The position numbers were made by a program, and so were the translations under genes. Under the pieces are notes generated by a model, which saw only the letters and a program-made list of their open reading frames with translations, did not search any database and was not told the DNA's origin. Below, piece after piece: positions 40,036-49,134 of a stretch of DNA of 64,000 bases (positions are counted from its first letter, which is position 1; each line of letters begins with the position of its first letter). Source of the DNA: Trueperaceae bacterium (GTDB lineage Bacteria > Deinococcota > Deinococci > Deinococcales > Trueperaceae); contig OZ243913.1 in the NCBI GenBank assembly GCA_965213705.1, positions 2,848,001-2,912,000 of the forward strand. Reading direction: 5' to 3'.

Positions 40036-41292
40036 CTACTCGTTGAAGATGTCTTCTAAACCGACCTGCATCTGCTGCAGGGCTTCGTCGCCGGTCAGCG
40101 AGCGGGCCAAAAAGGAGTTCATCGTCGTGCGGATGAGTTCGGACACCTCGTCGTAGCGCGGCGTGACCGGGCGCGAGCGGGCGTTTCTAATCACTTCGAA
40201 GAACTCGCCGAAGTGCGGCGCGGCCTCTAGGACGGTCGCATCTTCGTAAAGGCTTGCACGAGCCGGAATGCGGCTCGCTTCGACGGCGAAACGGCGCTGC
40301 GACTCGGGGCTCGAGAGAAAGTCAATCAGCTCGAAAGCCGCGTCTTTACTGTCGCTGTAGTTGTTGATGACCCACTGCCAGCCGCCGATGCAAGTAGCCG
40401 ACTCGTTGTCGCCGAACACCGGCAACGGCGCGACGCCGACGTTGCCTTTAACCTGAGATTCCTCGTCGTTTTGGGCGCGGCCCCAGGCGTAGCCCCAGTT
40501 GAGCATAAAGACCACGTCGCCCGCTTGAAACTCGGTGCGGCTGTCGTCGGTGCCGGTCTCGGCGATGTTGGGTTTGGTGATGCCCGAGGCGAGGGTTTCG
40601 TCGTACCAGTCCATCACCTGCATTCCTTTGGGGCTGTCCACGGTGATGTTGCCTTCCTCGTCGCGCCAGTTGCCGCCGGCGGTCCAGAGCGGCTCCAAAA
40701 AGGTGCAGTTCGCCCCTTCGATGGCCGCGCCCTGGTAGCTGAAGCCTTGCAGGGTCGGGTCGGCCTCACCCTCCATAATAGTTTGCGCTTGCGTCTTCAA
40801 CTCTTCCCAGGTTTGGGGCGGCTCGAAGCCGTACTTCTCGAGCAGGTCTTGCCGGTAGTACAAAAACTGCGCGTCGGTATAGGCGGGCAGCGCCCACAGC
40901 GTCCCGTCGATGAGGTCGGCCTCGACCGGGCCGGGCAAAAAGTCCTCCAAGGCGCTCATCATCTCGTCTTCACTGGCGTAGTAATCGTTGAGCGGCGTGG
41001 CCCAGCCCGCGGCGGCGTACTGCGCCGGGCGCACCACGTCGACTAAAAACACGTCGATGTCGCCGCTCTGCGAGGTCAACACCGTGTTGAGGTACTGCTG
41101 CTGCACTTCCGAAGTGTTGCCGCCGACCTCGTAGCGCGCGGTGATGTCGGGATGTTCGGCGTTGAACTCGTCGAGCAGGCTTTGCATCAGGTCGGGGTCT
41201 TCGCGGCTGCCGATAAAAACCACGAGTTCCGTCTGCGCCAGGGTGACCGAGAGAATGGCGAACAGGGCGACCAGTAAACCGATTCGTTTCAT
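40036..41292 (-). CDS. Sugar ABC transporter substrate-binding protein (family 1)
   Basis: Signal peptide; DAQFLYYRQDLL, PPQTWEEL, FMLNWGY, ARSRPVTP; AAAGGAGG RBS. Confidence 0.92.
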   Translation of the reverse strand: MKRIGLLVALFAILSVTLAQTELVVFIGSREDPDLMQSLLDEFNAEHPDITARYEVGGNTSEVQQQYLNTVLTSQSGDIDVFLVDVVRPAQYAAAGWATPLNDYYASEDEMMSALEDFLPGPVEADLIDGTLWALPAYTDAQFLYYRQDLLEKYGFEPPQTWEELKTQAQTIMEGEADPTLQGFSYQGAAIEGANCTFLEPLWTAGGNWRDEEGNITVDSPKGMQVMDWYDETLASGITKPNIAETGTDDSRTEFQAGDVVFMLNWGYAWGRAQNDEESQVKGNVGVAPLPVFGDNESATCIGGWQWVINNYSDSKDAAFELIDFLSSPESQRRFAVEASRIPARASLYEDATVLEAAPHFGEFFEVIRNARSRPVTPRYDEVSELIRTTMNSFLARSLTGDEALQQMQVGLEDIFNE

Positions 41293-41597
41293 GCTTCCTC
41301 CTTTGAACTTGCTCCTTCAAACGTTTTTGTCGCGCGCCCGGTTTCGGGTGACGCTTGCGGCCGAACGAGCGCAACAACCCAGGGGTCGCGTCGAGCTTGT
41401 TCCGCCTTAAAACGTTTGCGCCAGCGTATCACGAGCGCTCGGTGAAGAGCAATTCAGACCGCCTTCACCCTTTGGCTTCGTTTTGACTTCGTTGTCGTCC
41501 TTTTGGCAAGCTGTACACGATTCACGAAAGATTTCTTCGGCAAACGACCTATGGCGCTGTTCAAGGCGTGCGTTTTGGTATGTTTGACGAACCTGAG

Positions 41598-42296
41598 CTA
41601 GGGCTCGAGCCGCCCCGTCAACCCTTCCTTGCGCGCTTTCCCGGCGAATGCGTGCGCCCGCTTCAAAGGCTCGGGAAGTTTCGTCTTGCCGGGCAAACTT
41701 TGCACAAAGCGCAGCGTTTCGGCCATGCTCACCCGGTGTCCTGGTGACACGTAAAGCGGTTTGACGCCGGTTCTCGAGCGGTACACCCAGCCGACTTGCT
41801 CGCCTTTGCTCACGAGTGGCGCCGCGCCACCCGCCGCCTCGGCCAACTCACCTTCTTGCTTGCCGTACAAGCGACTTTTCGCCACACCGACGCTCGGCAT
41901 GTCGAGGTGAACGCCCAGGTGCGCGGCGATGCCCAAACCCCGCGGGTGCGCCACGCCCTGCCCGTCGACGAGGAGCAGGGCGGGTTCGCGGGACAACTGC
42001 GCCAACGCCGCTAAGTACACGGGCGCTTCGCGGAACGACAAAAAACCCGACACGTAGGGAAAAATCTCGGCCGCGTCCACGGCGGCCGCGCCGACCTCGA
42101 GCACGTCTTCAGCCTCGACGTCCCACAGCACCGCCACGCCGACGAGCGCCTCGCCCTGTTTGACGGAGGCGTCCAGGGCGGCGAGGGTTTTGACGTGTCT
42201 CAAGTCTCCCTCGAGGACGACCCGTCCGGCGAGTTCACGTTGAATTCTCCCGGCCGCGGCCAGGTCTTCAGGTTTGGGCAGCAGCGGTGGCCGCAT
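41598..42296 (-). CDS. nfi: Endonuclease V
   Basis: FPYVSGFLSFRE, LVDGQGVAHPRGLGIAAHLG, GVAKS, PLYVSPGH. Confidence 0.92.
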   Translation of the reverse strand: MRPPLLPKPEDLAAAGRIQRELAGRVVLEGDLRHVKTLAALDASVKQGEALVGVAVLWDVEAEDVLEVGAAAVDAAEIFPYVSGFLSFREAPVYLAALAQLSREPALLLVDGQGVAHPRGLGIAAHLGVHLDMPSVGVAKSRLYGKQEGELAEAAGGAAPLVSKGEQVGWVYRSRTGVKPLYVSPGHRVSMAETLRFVQSLPGKTKLPEPLKRAHAFAGKARKEGLTGRLEP

Positions 42297-43024
42297 CAGC
42301 CCGGAACCCGGCGTGAAGCGACCTTGCGCACGCCGTCGAGGGCAAACGTCCAGCCCTTATAAACGAGGGCGACGGCCGGGTGGGTCCACTCGCCGTCGAC
42401 TTCGCTCGCGGTGTCACTCAAGACCTCCAACAAGTCCTGCGGCGTACGAACCGCCCGCAGCGGCGCTTCGACCCAGGCGCTGCCGATGTCTTTGACCGTG
42501 TGCGCGTCCGACCCGGCCGACTCGGGCTTGCCGTGGGTCGCCGCCCAGGTGCTGCCTGCTACGTTCCATTTGCGCCTCGAGATGCGCGCGTTGAACACCT
42601 CGACGATGTCTATGCTGTCCTTGATGCGCTCCAAAGCTTCGGGCTTCAGGCGGTGGCGTTTGAGTGGGTCGAAGCCGTGCGGCAGCAGCACGAGCCCGCC
42701 CTGGTCTTTGACGGCCGCCACGGTTTCTTCCGGGCTCAGGCCCGCTGGGATTTTCTCGGTCAAGAACAGGCCGACGATTTCGCCCTCGCGCGTCGAAACC
42801 TCTTCGCCGACGATGACGGTGAGGTCGTCGGTGCCGCTGTTCGCGACCAGACTTTGCAGTTTTTGCGCCCCCCAGACCTCGTTGTGGTCGGTAATCGCCT
42901 GGACGCGGATGCCGCGCGCCCGGCAGCGCTCGGGAAAGCTCGAGAGCGGCGTCACGCAGTCGGCGGACGCCTCGCTGTGACAATGCAGGTCGATGCGCAT
43001 TTTCGGGTGTTCGGTCGCGGCCAT
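42296..43024 (-). CDS. PHP domain metal-dependent phosphoesterase
   Basis: DLHCHS, AITDHN, GEEVST, GSDAH. Confidence 0.9.
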   Translation of the reverse strand: MAATEHPKMRIDLHCHSEASADCVTPLSSFPERCRARGIRVQAITDHNEVWGAQKLQSLVANSGTDDLTVIVGEEVSTREGEIVGLFLTEKIPAGLSPEETVAAVKDQGGLVLLPHGFDPLKRHRLKPEALERIKDSIDIVEVFNARISRRKWNVAGSTWAATHGKPESAGSDAHTVKDIGSAWVEAPLRAVRTPQDLLEVLSDTASEVDGEWTHPAVALVYKGWTFALDGVRKVASRRVPG

Positions 43025-43097
43025 AGGTCAAAACTCCTCTCCCGAAGTATACCGTCGGCTCGCCCTACCGGCCTGCTTTGGAGGGTAAAGTAGGTTT

Positions 43098-44036
43098 GTG
43101 GAAGTCTTGCGTGCCGACGAGGTCGAGAAACGTCTAAGCTGGCCCGAAGCCCTGGACGCGCTCCAAAAGGCGTTTGGGGCTCGAGCCGCTTTTCAACTCC
43201 CCGAGCGCGTCGCCTTGCAGGTTCCCCAAGGCACGCTCCTGACGATGCCCTGCGCCGACCGTGAGGGCTGGTTCGGCGTCAAACAAGTCTCGGTCATTTT
43301 CGACAACCCGAGCCGCGGCAAAGAAAGCGTCCAAGCCTGGTACACCCTGTTCGACCCGACCGGCACACCGGTTTTAGCCTGCGACGCCACGCTGCTGACC
43401 CGCTTCCGCACCGCCGCCGTGTCGGCGCTCGCGGCCAAGCACCTCGCGCCTGTGGGTGCTCGAACCCTCCTTGTCGTCGGCACCGGCTCGCTGGCCCCCT
43501 GGTTGGCTGAGGCGCACCTGCAGGTTCGCACCTACAAAACAGTCCTCGTCTGGGGCCGCAACGCTGAGAGAGCCGAAGCCACCGCCGCCGACCTCGAGAC
43601 CCGTTTTCAATCCTTAGAAGCTGCCCCGCAGGTCTCCGTCGCGCCCGACCTGGCCGCGGCGGTCGCTCAAGCCGACGTGGTCACCGTCGCCACCACCGCG
43701 AAGAAATCTTTTCTCAAAGGCGACTGGCTTCACACGGGGCAGCACTTGGACCTCGTCGGCGCGTTCACGCCCGATATGGCCGAAGCCGACGCGGATATTG
43801 TCAAACGTGCGGACGTGTTCGTGGACGACTTGGAGGCTTGTTTGAACGAGGCGGGCGACCTCATCCAGGCGCAAGCGCAAGGTTGGTCGTTCGACATGGT
43901 TTATGGAGACTTGGCGGCCCTCGTGACGGGTGAGGCCGGGCGGCAGGGGCCGCAGCGCCTCACGCTGTTCAAGTCGGTGGGCTTGGCGTTGGAAGACCTC
44001 GTCGTCGCCAAACTGTTGCTGAACGTGCCACAATAA
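43098..44036 (+). CDS. Ornithine cyclodeaminase/mu-crystallin family protein
   Basis: LTRFRTAAVS, VGTGSLA, LFKSVGLALEDL. Confidence 0.9.
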   Translation: MEVLRADEVEKRLSWPEALDALQKAFGARAAFQLPERVALQVPQGTLLTMPCADREGWFGVKQVSVIFDNPSRGKESVQAWYTLFDPTGTPVLACDATLLTRFRTAAVSALAAKHLAPVGARTLLVVGTGSLAPWLAEAHLQVRTYKTVLVWGRNAERAEATAADLETRFQSLEAAPQVSVAPDLAAAVAQADVVTVATTAKKSFLKGDWLHTGQHLDLVGAFTPDMAEADADIVKRADVFVDDLEACLNEAGDLIQAQAQGWSFDMVYGDLAALVTGEAGRQGPQRLTLFKSVGLALEDLVVAKLLLNVPQ

Positions 44037-44041
44037 AGAAC

Positions 44042-44413
44042 GTGAAACGACTTCCCACCGGACTTTTAGAAGAGGTGACACAGCGTTTGGTCTATACTTT
44101 CGCACCCGAGGCCGTCTACCTGTTCGGGTCGCACGCTTGGGGCGAGCCGACTCAAGACAGCGACCTCGACTTGCTCGTCATCGTTTCAGGCAGCGACCTC
44201 AGTCCTGTTCAGCGGGCGCAACAAGCCTATCATGCGTTAGGCGACCTTGAAATCGCAAAGGATGTTCTGGTGCGAACGAACGCCGAGGTGGCTTTGGCAA
44301 AGCAGGTCTACGCTTCCCTCATCAGCCAAGTTTTGGATGAAGGGAGGCCTTTGTGGACGAAGCCAAGCGTCAGTTCGTCGCAGCTTGGCTCGAGCGGGCC
44401 GCTCAAGACTTAG
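44042..44413 (+). CDS. Minimal nucleotidyltransferase (MNT) antitoxin
   Basis: YLFGSHAWG...DSDLDLL; C-terminus runs 61 nt into the HEPN gene. Confidence 0.82.
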   Translation: MKRLPTGLLEEVTQRLVYTFAPEAVYLFGSHAWGEPTQDSDLDLLVIVSGSDLSPVQRAQQAYHALGDLEIAKDVLVRTNAEVALAKQVYASLISQVLDEGRPLWTKPSVSSSQLGSSGPLKT

Positions 44414-44765
44414 GCGCTGCACGCATTCTGGCTCAGTCTTCCGAACGCTATTTGAGCGTGGCACTTTACCACTGTCAGCAAGCTGCCGAGAAAGCCGTAA
44501 AGGGTTTTTGGTTTTTCACGACCAACGCGCTCAAAAGACGCACGATATCAAAAGGTTGGTTGACACAGCGCTTCCGTTTGAAAGGGGATTTTTTGCTTGG
44601 ACAACGGCGGCCGAACAGCTTACGCCTTACGCAACCAAGTTTCGCTACGCTGACGATTTTGCCGACGCGGAGCCTTCTCGAGAAGAGTTCGACACTATGT
44701 TCAATGCTGCATCAGACTTTTACCAGTTCGTGCTGTCCGCATTGCCCCCGGAAACGCGCCCATGA
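44353..44765 (+). pseudogene. HEPN domain protein split by a -1 frameshift at 44502-44508
   Basis: First frame: WLERAAQDL...YHCQQAAEKAVKG; -1 frame continues FLVFHDQRAQKTHDI...LTPYATKFRY; junction AAG GGT TTT TGG. Confidence 0.8.
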
Positions 44766-46066
44766 TTGACCGCTACACCCCTCCCGACTTTGCCGCCTTG
44801 TGGAGCGAAACAAACAAGTACCGCACCTGGCTCACCGTGGAACTCGCCGCGCTCGAGGCCTGGGAAACGCTGGGTGACGTACCGCCCGGCACCGCCGCAC
44901 GAATTCTCGAAAAACTCAGGAACGCACCGCTCGACGACGCTTTTGCCGAACGCGTCGCGGAAATCGAAGCCGTGACCCGGCACGACATCGTCGCTTTTAC
45001 GAGAGCGCTCACCGAGCGCGTCGGGGAGGACGCCAAATACATCCACCTGGGTTTGACCAGTACCGACGTGGTGGACTCGGCCCAGAACCTGATTTTGCGG
45101 CAGGCCGTGGAGCTGATTCTGACCGACGTGCGCGCGCTCGCCGACGCGCTGAAAGAAAAAGCCGTAACCTATAAACATACGCCCTGCATCGGCCGAACCC
45201 ACGGCATTCACGCCGAGCCGCTGACTTTTGGATTAAAGTTTTTGAACTTTTACGCCGCGGCGCTGCGCGACTTGGGACGGCTCGAGCGCGCGAAAGAAGC
45301 GGTTTCGGTCGTCATGTTATCGGGCTCGGTAGGGACTTACGCTCACGTGCCGCCCGCGGTCGAAGCGTTCGTGGCCGACAAGCTCGGCCTGAACATCGAC
45401 CCGATAACGAACCAGACGGTGGCTCGAGACCGTCACGCCGAAACGATGAGCGCACTGGCGATTTTAGGCACGACGCTCGAGAAAGTCGCCGTCGAAATCC
45501 GCCACCTGCAACGCACCGAAGTGCTCGAGGCGCAAGAGGGTTTCACAAAGGGCCAGACGGGTTCGTCCTCGATGCCGCACAAGAAAAATCCGATTGCCTC
45601 GGAAAACATTTCCGGTCTCGCCCGACTGATGCGGAGCAACTTGCAGGCGGCGCTCGAGAACGTCGCCCTGTGGCACGAGCGCGACATCAGCCACTCGTCG
45701 GTCGAGCGGGTCATCTTGCCCGACACCACCGCGCTGGCGAGCTACGCCACGCGCCGCCTGACCCGCGTCGTCAGCAACCTCGTCGTTTATCCCGAAACCA
45801 TGCTGAAAAACTTAGACGCGCTGCACGGCCTCGTCTACTCGCAGCGGGTGCTCCACCTTCTCATCGAGAAGGGGCTGATGCGCGAGGCGGCTTACGACGT
45901 CGTGCAGCGCAACTCGTTAAAGAGTTGGGAGACGCAAACCCCGCTGAAAACCCTCCTTCACGCCGACCCGGACAGCCCGCTGACTGAGGACGAACTTACG
46001 GCGGCTTTCGACGTGAGTTGGTATCTGCGGTATATCGACGCTGTCTACGAGCGTTTCGACTTGTGA
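44762..46066 (+). CDS. purB: Adenylosuccinate lyase
   Basis: [48 protein letters not shown]. Confidence 0.97.
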   Translation: MIDRYTPPDFAALWSETNKYRTWLTVELAALEAWETLGDVPPGTAARILEKLRNAPLDDAFAERVAEIEAVTRHDIVAFTRALTERVGEDAKYIHLGLTSTDVVDSAQNLILRQAVELILTDVRALADALKEKAVTYKHTPCIGRTHGIHAEPLTFGLKFLNFYAAALRDLGRLERAKEAVSVVMLSGSVGTYAHVPPAVEAFVADKLGLNIDPITNQTVARDRHAETMSALAILGTTLEKVAVEIRHLQRTEVLEAQEGFTKGQTGSSSMPHKKNPIASENISGLARLMRSNLQAALENVALWHERDISHSSVERVILPDTTALASYATRRLTRVVSNLVVYPETMLKNLDALHGLVYSQRVLHLLIEKGLMREAAYDVVQRNSLKSWETQTPLKTLLHADPDSPLTEDELTAAFDVSWYLRYIDAVYERFDL

Positions 46067-46293
46067 ACCTGCTGAGAATTGAGGAAGCTTGCCGGCGTAA
46101 AGGCGTGGGAAAAAGCTTTGTACTCCACTGGGAAACGATGATGCGTCTGGCTGGCTATATCCGCGTCGTAACTTCGACGCTCGCGGACGAGTCGGCACAG
46201 CATTTCTACCGAAAGTTGGCCTGCATTGATAGCGGCGCGCTGCTGTCGCCCGGTGAAGCGCTCGAAATTCTCTTCGTGAAAGAGCTAACATAA
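46063..46293 (+). pseudogene. GNAT acetyltransferase C-terminal fragment
   Basis: RRKGVGK acetyl-CoA motif and AQHFYRKL; N-terminal half absent. Confidence 0.6.
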
Positions 46294-46429
46294 AGGTGCA
46301 ACCTGGTATAGTTTCCTTGTGAACAAGCTCGAGATTAACTTTGCAAAACCGCAAACTATCAACTTTCGTGAGAGAAAAGCGTCGAAACGATAAAACGGGC
46401 CACGGTAAATCCGTCGAAAGTGAGCGAAC

Positions 46430-47059
46430 ATGGTAGCTTCTCAAGAACAGGCTCAGCAGGTAGTTCTGCATGACATCAGTTGGCGAACCTATCAGACTTT
46501 GCTGAGCGAGTTGGGTAACGAGCGCACCACACGACTCGCTTACAGCGGCGGAAGGTTGGAAATTTCCATGCCATCGGATGAGCATGAAATTATCAAACAC
46601 CTTTTAGAACGCGTTATTACTGCTCTTACAATGGCTTTTAACTTCAGCGTAAAAGGCGCAGGCTCGGTGACGCTGAGCCGTGAAGATCTGCAAAGAAGTG
46701 TAGAACCCGACGGTTGCTTTTACATTCGGAACGCCGAGCAGATACGGGGCAGGCGTATTGACCTACTTACAGACCCGCCCCCGGACCTTGTGCTCGAGGT
46801 CGATGTCACTAGCCCCTCTAGCCATAAAATGACCATTTACGCTTCTCTAGGTGTTCCTGAGGTATGGGTTTGTGTAGAGCGTAGCTTGAGCATGTACGGT
46901 TTAAAAGAGGGGCGCTACGAGCACCTCGAGCACAGCCTCGCTTTTCCGCAGGTGAGGGTAGAGCGCGTGACTCGCTGGTTAGTCCAAGGTGAAACCGAAG
47001 ACGACAACACCGTGATCCGCTCATTGCAGAAGTGGGTGCAGACGCTGGGTGAAAGCTGA
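46430..47059 (+). CDS. Uma2 family putative endonuclease
   Basis: ISWRTY, EISMPS, VEPDGCFY, PPDLVLEVDVTS, YASLGVPEVW. Confidence 0.9.
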   Translation: MVASQEQAQQVVLHDISWRTYQTLLSELGNERTTRLAYSGGRLEISMPSDEHEIIKHLLERVITALTMAFNFSVKGAGSVTLSREDLQRSVEPDGCFYIRNAEQIRGRRIDLLTDPPPDLVLEVDVTSPSSHKMTIYASLGVPEVWVCVERSLSMYGLKEGRYEHLEHSLAFPQVRVERVTRWLVQGETEDDNTVIRSLQKWVQTLGES

Positions 47060-47121
47060 GCATGGCCCTTCCATAAGCGAATGCGTAAGAAACGGCGTCA
47101 AACTGATGATATAGTCTCCGT

Positions 47122-47847
47122 GTGAACAAGCTCGAGCAGCGCTACGAGGGCAAAGCCAAAAAAGTCTTCGCCACCGACGACCCGGAACGCTACGTCGTCG
47201 AGTTCAAAGACGACGCCACCGCCTTCAACGCTCAAAAACGCGGCACCGTTCAGGGCAAAGGCGCGGTGAACAACGCGGTCACGGCAAAGGTGTTCGAGAT
47301 GCTGGCGGACGAGGGCGTTCCTACACATTTTGTAAAGAAACTGAGCGAGCGCGAGCAGCTCGTAAAAGCGGTTGAGATTATCCCGGTCGAGGTGGTGGTG
47401 CGCAACAGGGCGGCGGGGTCGTTTTCCAAACGCTACGGCGTTGAAGAAGGTAAATTCTTGGACCCCGTCGTCGTCGAATGGTGCTACAAGTCGGACGACC
47501 TCGGCGACCCGCCGATGAACGACGCGACGGCGGTGGCCTTGGGTTTTGCCACGCCGGAAGAGTTGGAAGCGTTGTTCGACCTCGCCGCCGAAATCAACGA
47601 CCTCCTTACTGGCTTCTTCGCGGACCTGGGTTTGGACCTGGTGGACTTCAAGCTCGAGTTCGGCCGCCTGCCCTCGGGCGACATCGTGCTGGCCGACGAA
47701 ATCAGCCCTGACACCTGCCGTTTGTGGGATTTGAAAACCGGTGAAAAAATGGACAAAGACCGTTTCCGCCGTGACTTGGGCGGGGTCGAAGAGGCGTACC
47801 GCGAGGTCTACCGCCGCGTGACGGGAGAGAGCTTTGCCGAACTTTAA
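47122..47847 (+). CDS. purC: SAICAR synthase
   Basis: [56 protein letters not shown]. Confidence 0.97.
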   Translation: MNKLEQRYEGKAKKVFATDDPERYVVEFKDDATAFNAQKRGTVQGKGAVNNAVTAKVFEMLADEGVPTHFVKKLSEREQLVKAVEIIPVEVVVRNRAAGSFSKRYGVEEGKFLDPVVVEWCYKSDDLGDPPMNDATAVALGFATPEELEALFDLAAEINDLLTGFFADLGLDLVDFKLEFGRLPSGDIVLADEISPDTCRLWDLKTGEKMDKDRFRRDLGGVEEAYREVYRRVTGESFAEL

Positions 47848-48100
47848 GGCCGTCGTCACCGTGCTCATCAAGCCGAGCATCTTAGACCCGCAGGGCCGCG
47901 CGGTGGAGAACACGCTGAAGCGCCTGGGCCACACGAACGTGGCAAATCTGCGCGTCGGCAAGCACATAGAACTCACCCTTTCGGGCGAGCGCGGGGAGGT
48001 CGAGGCGCAGCTCGAGGGCATCGTCACCGACGTTCTGAGCAATCCGGTGCTGGAGGACGTGAGATACACCCTGCACCAAGTCGAAGTGAGCACGCACTGA
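47834..48100 (+). CDS. purS: FGAM synthase subunit PurS
   Basis: [26 protein letters not shown]. Confidence 0.93.
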   Translation: MPNFKAVVTVLIKPSILDPQGRAVENTLKRLGHTNVANLRVGKHIELTLSGERGEVEAQLEGIVTDVLSNPVLEDVRYTLHQVEVSTH

Positions 48101-48104
48101 CTTC

Positions 48105-48950
48105 ATGAAAGACTCTGTGCAGCACACGACCGACATGTTGACCGCAAGCGACGGGTTGCGGCTGTTTCGGCAGCAGTGGGTACCCACGTTGCCCCGCGCC
48201 GCCCTCATCGTCACCCACGGCTACGCCGAACACTCCGAACGGTACGCGCTATTCGCTGAGTTTTTGACGCGGCACGGGATAGCCGTTTACGCCCTCGACC
48301 ACCGCGGGCACGGGCGCAGCGAAGGTGAACGTGCCAACATAAAAGTCTTCCGCGAATTCGTCCACGACCTGAGCCGCTTTACCGAGTACGTGCGCGAACA
48401 GCACCCCAACCCGCCGCGCTTTTTGCTGGGTCACAGCATGGGCGGCGCGGTGGCGGCGCAACTTGTTTTGGAGCGTCCTCACCAAGTTGAGGGCGTGGTG
48501 TTGAGCGCGCCTTATTTGCAAAACGCGACCAAGGTGTCGCCCATGCTGCTGAGGATGTCGGGTTTGGTCAGTCGATTTTTGCCCGGTTTACCGACGCTAA
48601 AGTTGGATACCGGACTGCTCTCGAGAGACAAAACTATCGTCGAGGCCTACAACAGCGACGCCGCGGTCTACACGGGCGGCACGAAAGCGCGAATAGGCAG
48701 CGAGATGTTGGCGGCGGGGAGGTACGTTCTCGAGCGCTCCCACAATATCAAACTGCCCATGCTCGTCCTGCACGGCAGCGCCGACGGGATTGCCGACCCG
48801 GCCGGGAGCAAAGCTTTGTTCGAGCGGGTCGCCTCGGAAGACAAAACCCTCAAACTATATGACGGCTTCTACCACGAAATCCTGAACGAGCCCGGCAAAC
48901 AAGAAGTTTACGAAGACGTGCTCGAGTGGCTTACGGCGCGGCTGCACTGA
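48105..48950 (+). CDS. Alpha/beta hydrolase, lysophospholipase/monoacylglycerol lipase family
   Basis: HGYAEH, DHRGHGRS, GHSMGG, YHEILNE. Confidence 0.9.
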   Translation: MKDSVQHTTDMLTASDGLRLFRQQWVPTLPRAALIVTHGYAEHSERYALFAEFLTRHGIAVYALDHRGHGRSEGERANIKVFREFVHDLSRFTEYVREQHPNPPRFLLGHSMGGAVAAQLVLERPHQVEGVVLSAPYLQNATKVSPMLLRMSGLVSRFLPGLPTLKLDTGLLSRDKTIVEAYNSDAAVYTGGTKARIGSEMLAAGRYVLERSHNIKLPMLVLHGSADGIADPAGSKALFERVASEDKTLKLYDGFYHEILNEPGKQEVYEDVLEWLTARLH

Positions 48951-49134
48951 GGTTTGCTGCAGGTGTTGAGTGGCTTTGCTTGCAGGGTTTGCGGTTACTT
49001 ACGAGACGAGCGACTTCTTGCAAAAGTAGCCTACTTTTGCAAGAGGTCTGCTGTATAAGAAGCGAGGAGCTAAGGCGCTCAAAGAAAAATGGGGGTTACA
49101 CCTTCCGATGTGGTTTGACCACCAAAGCTGACGA

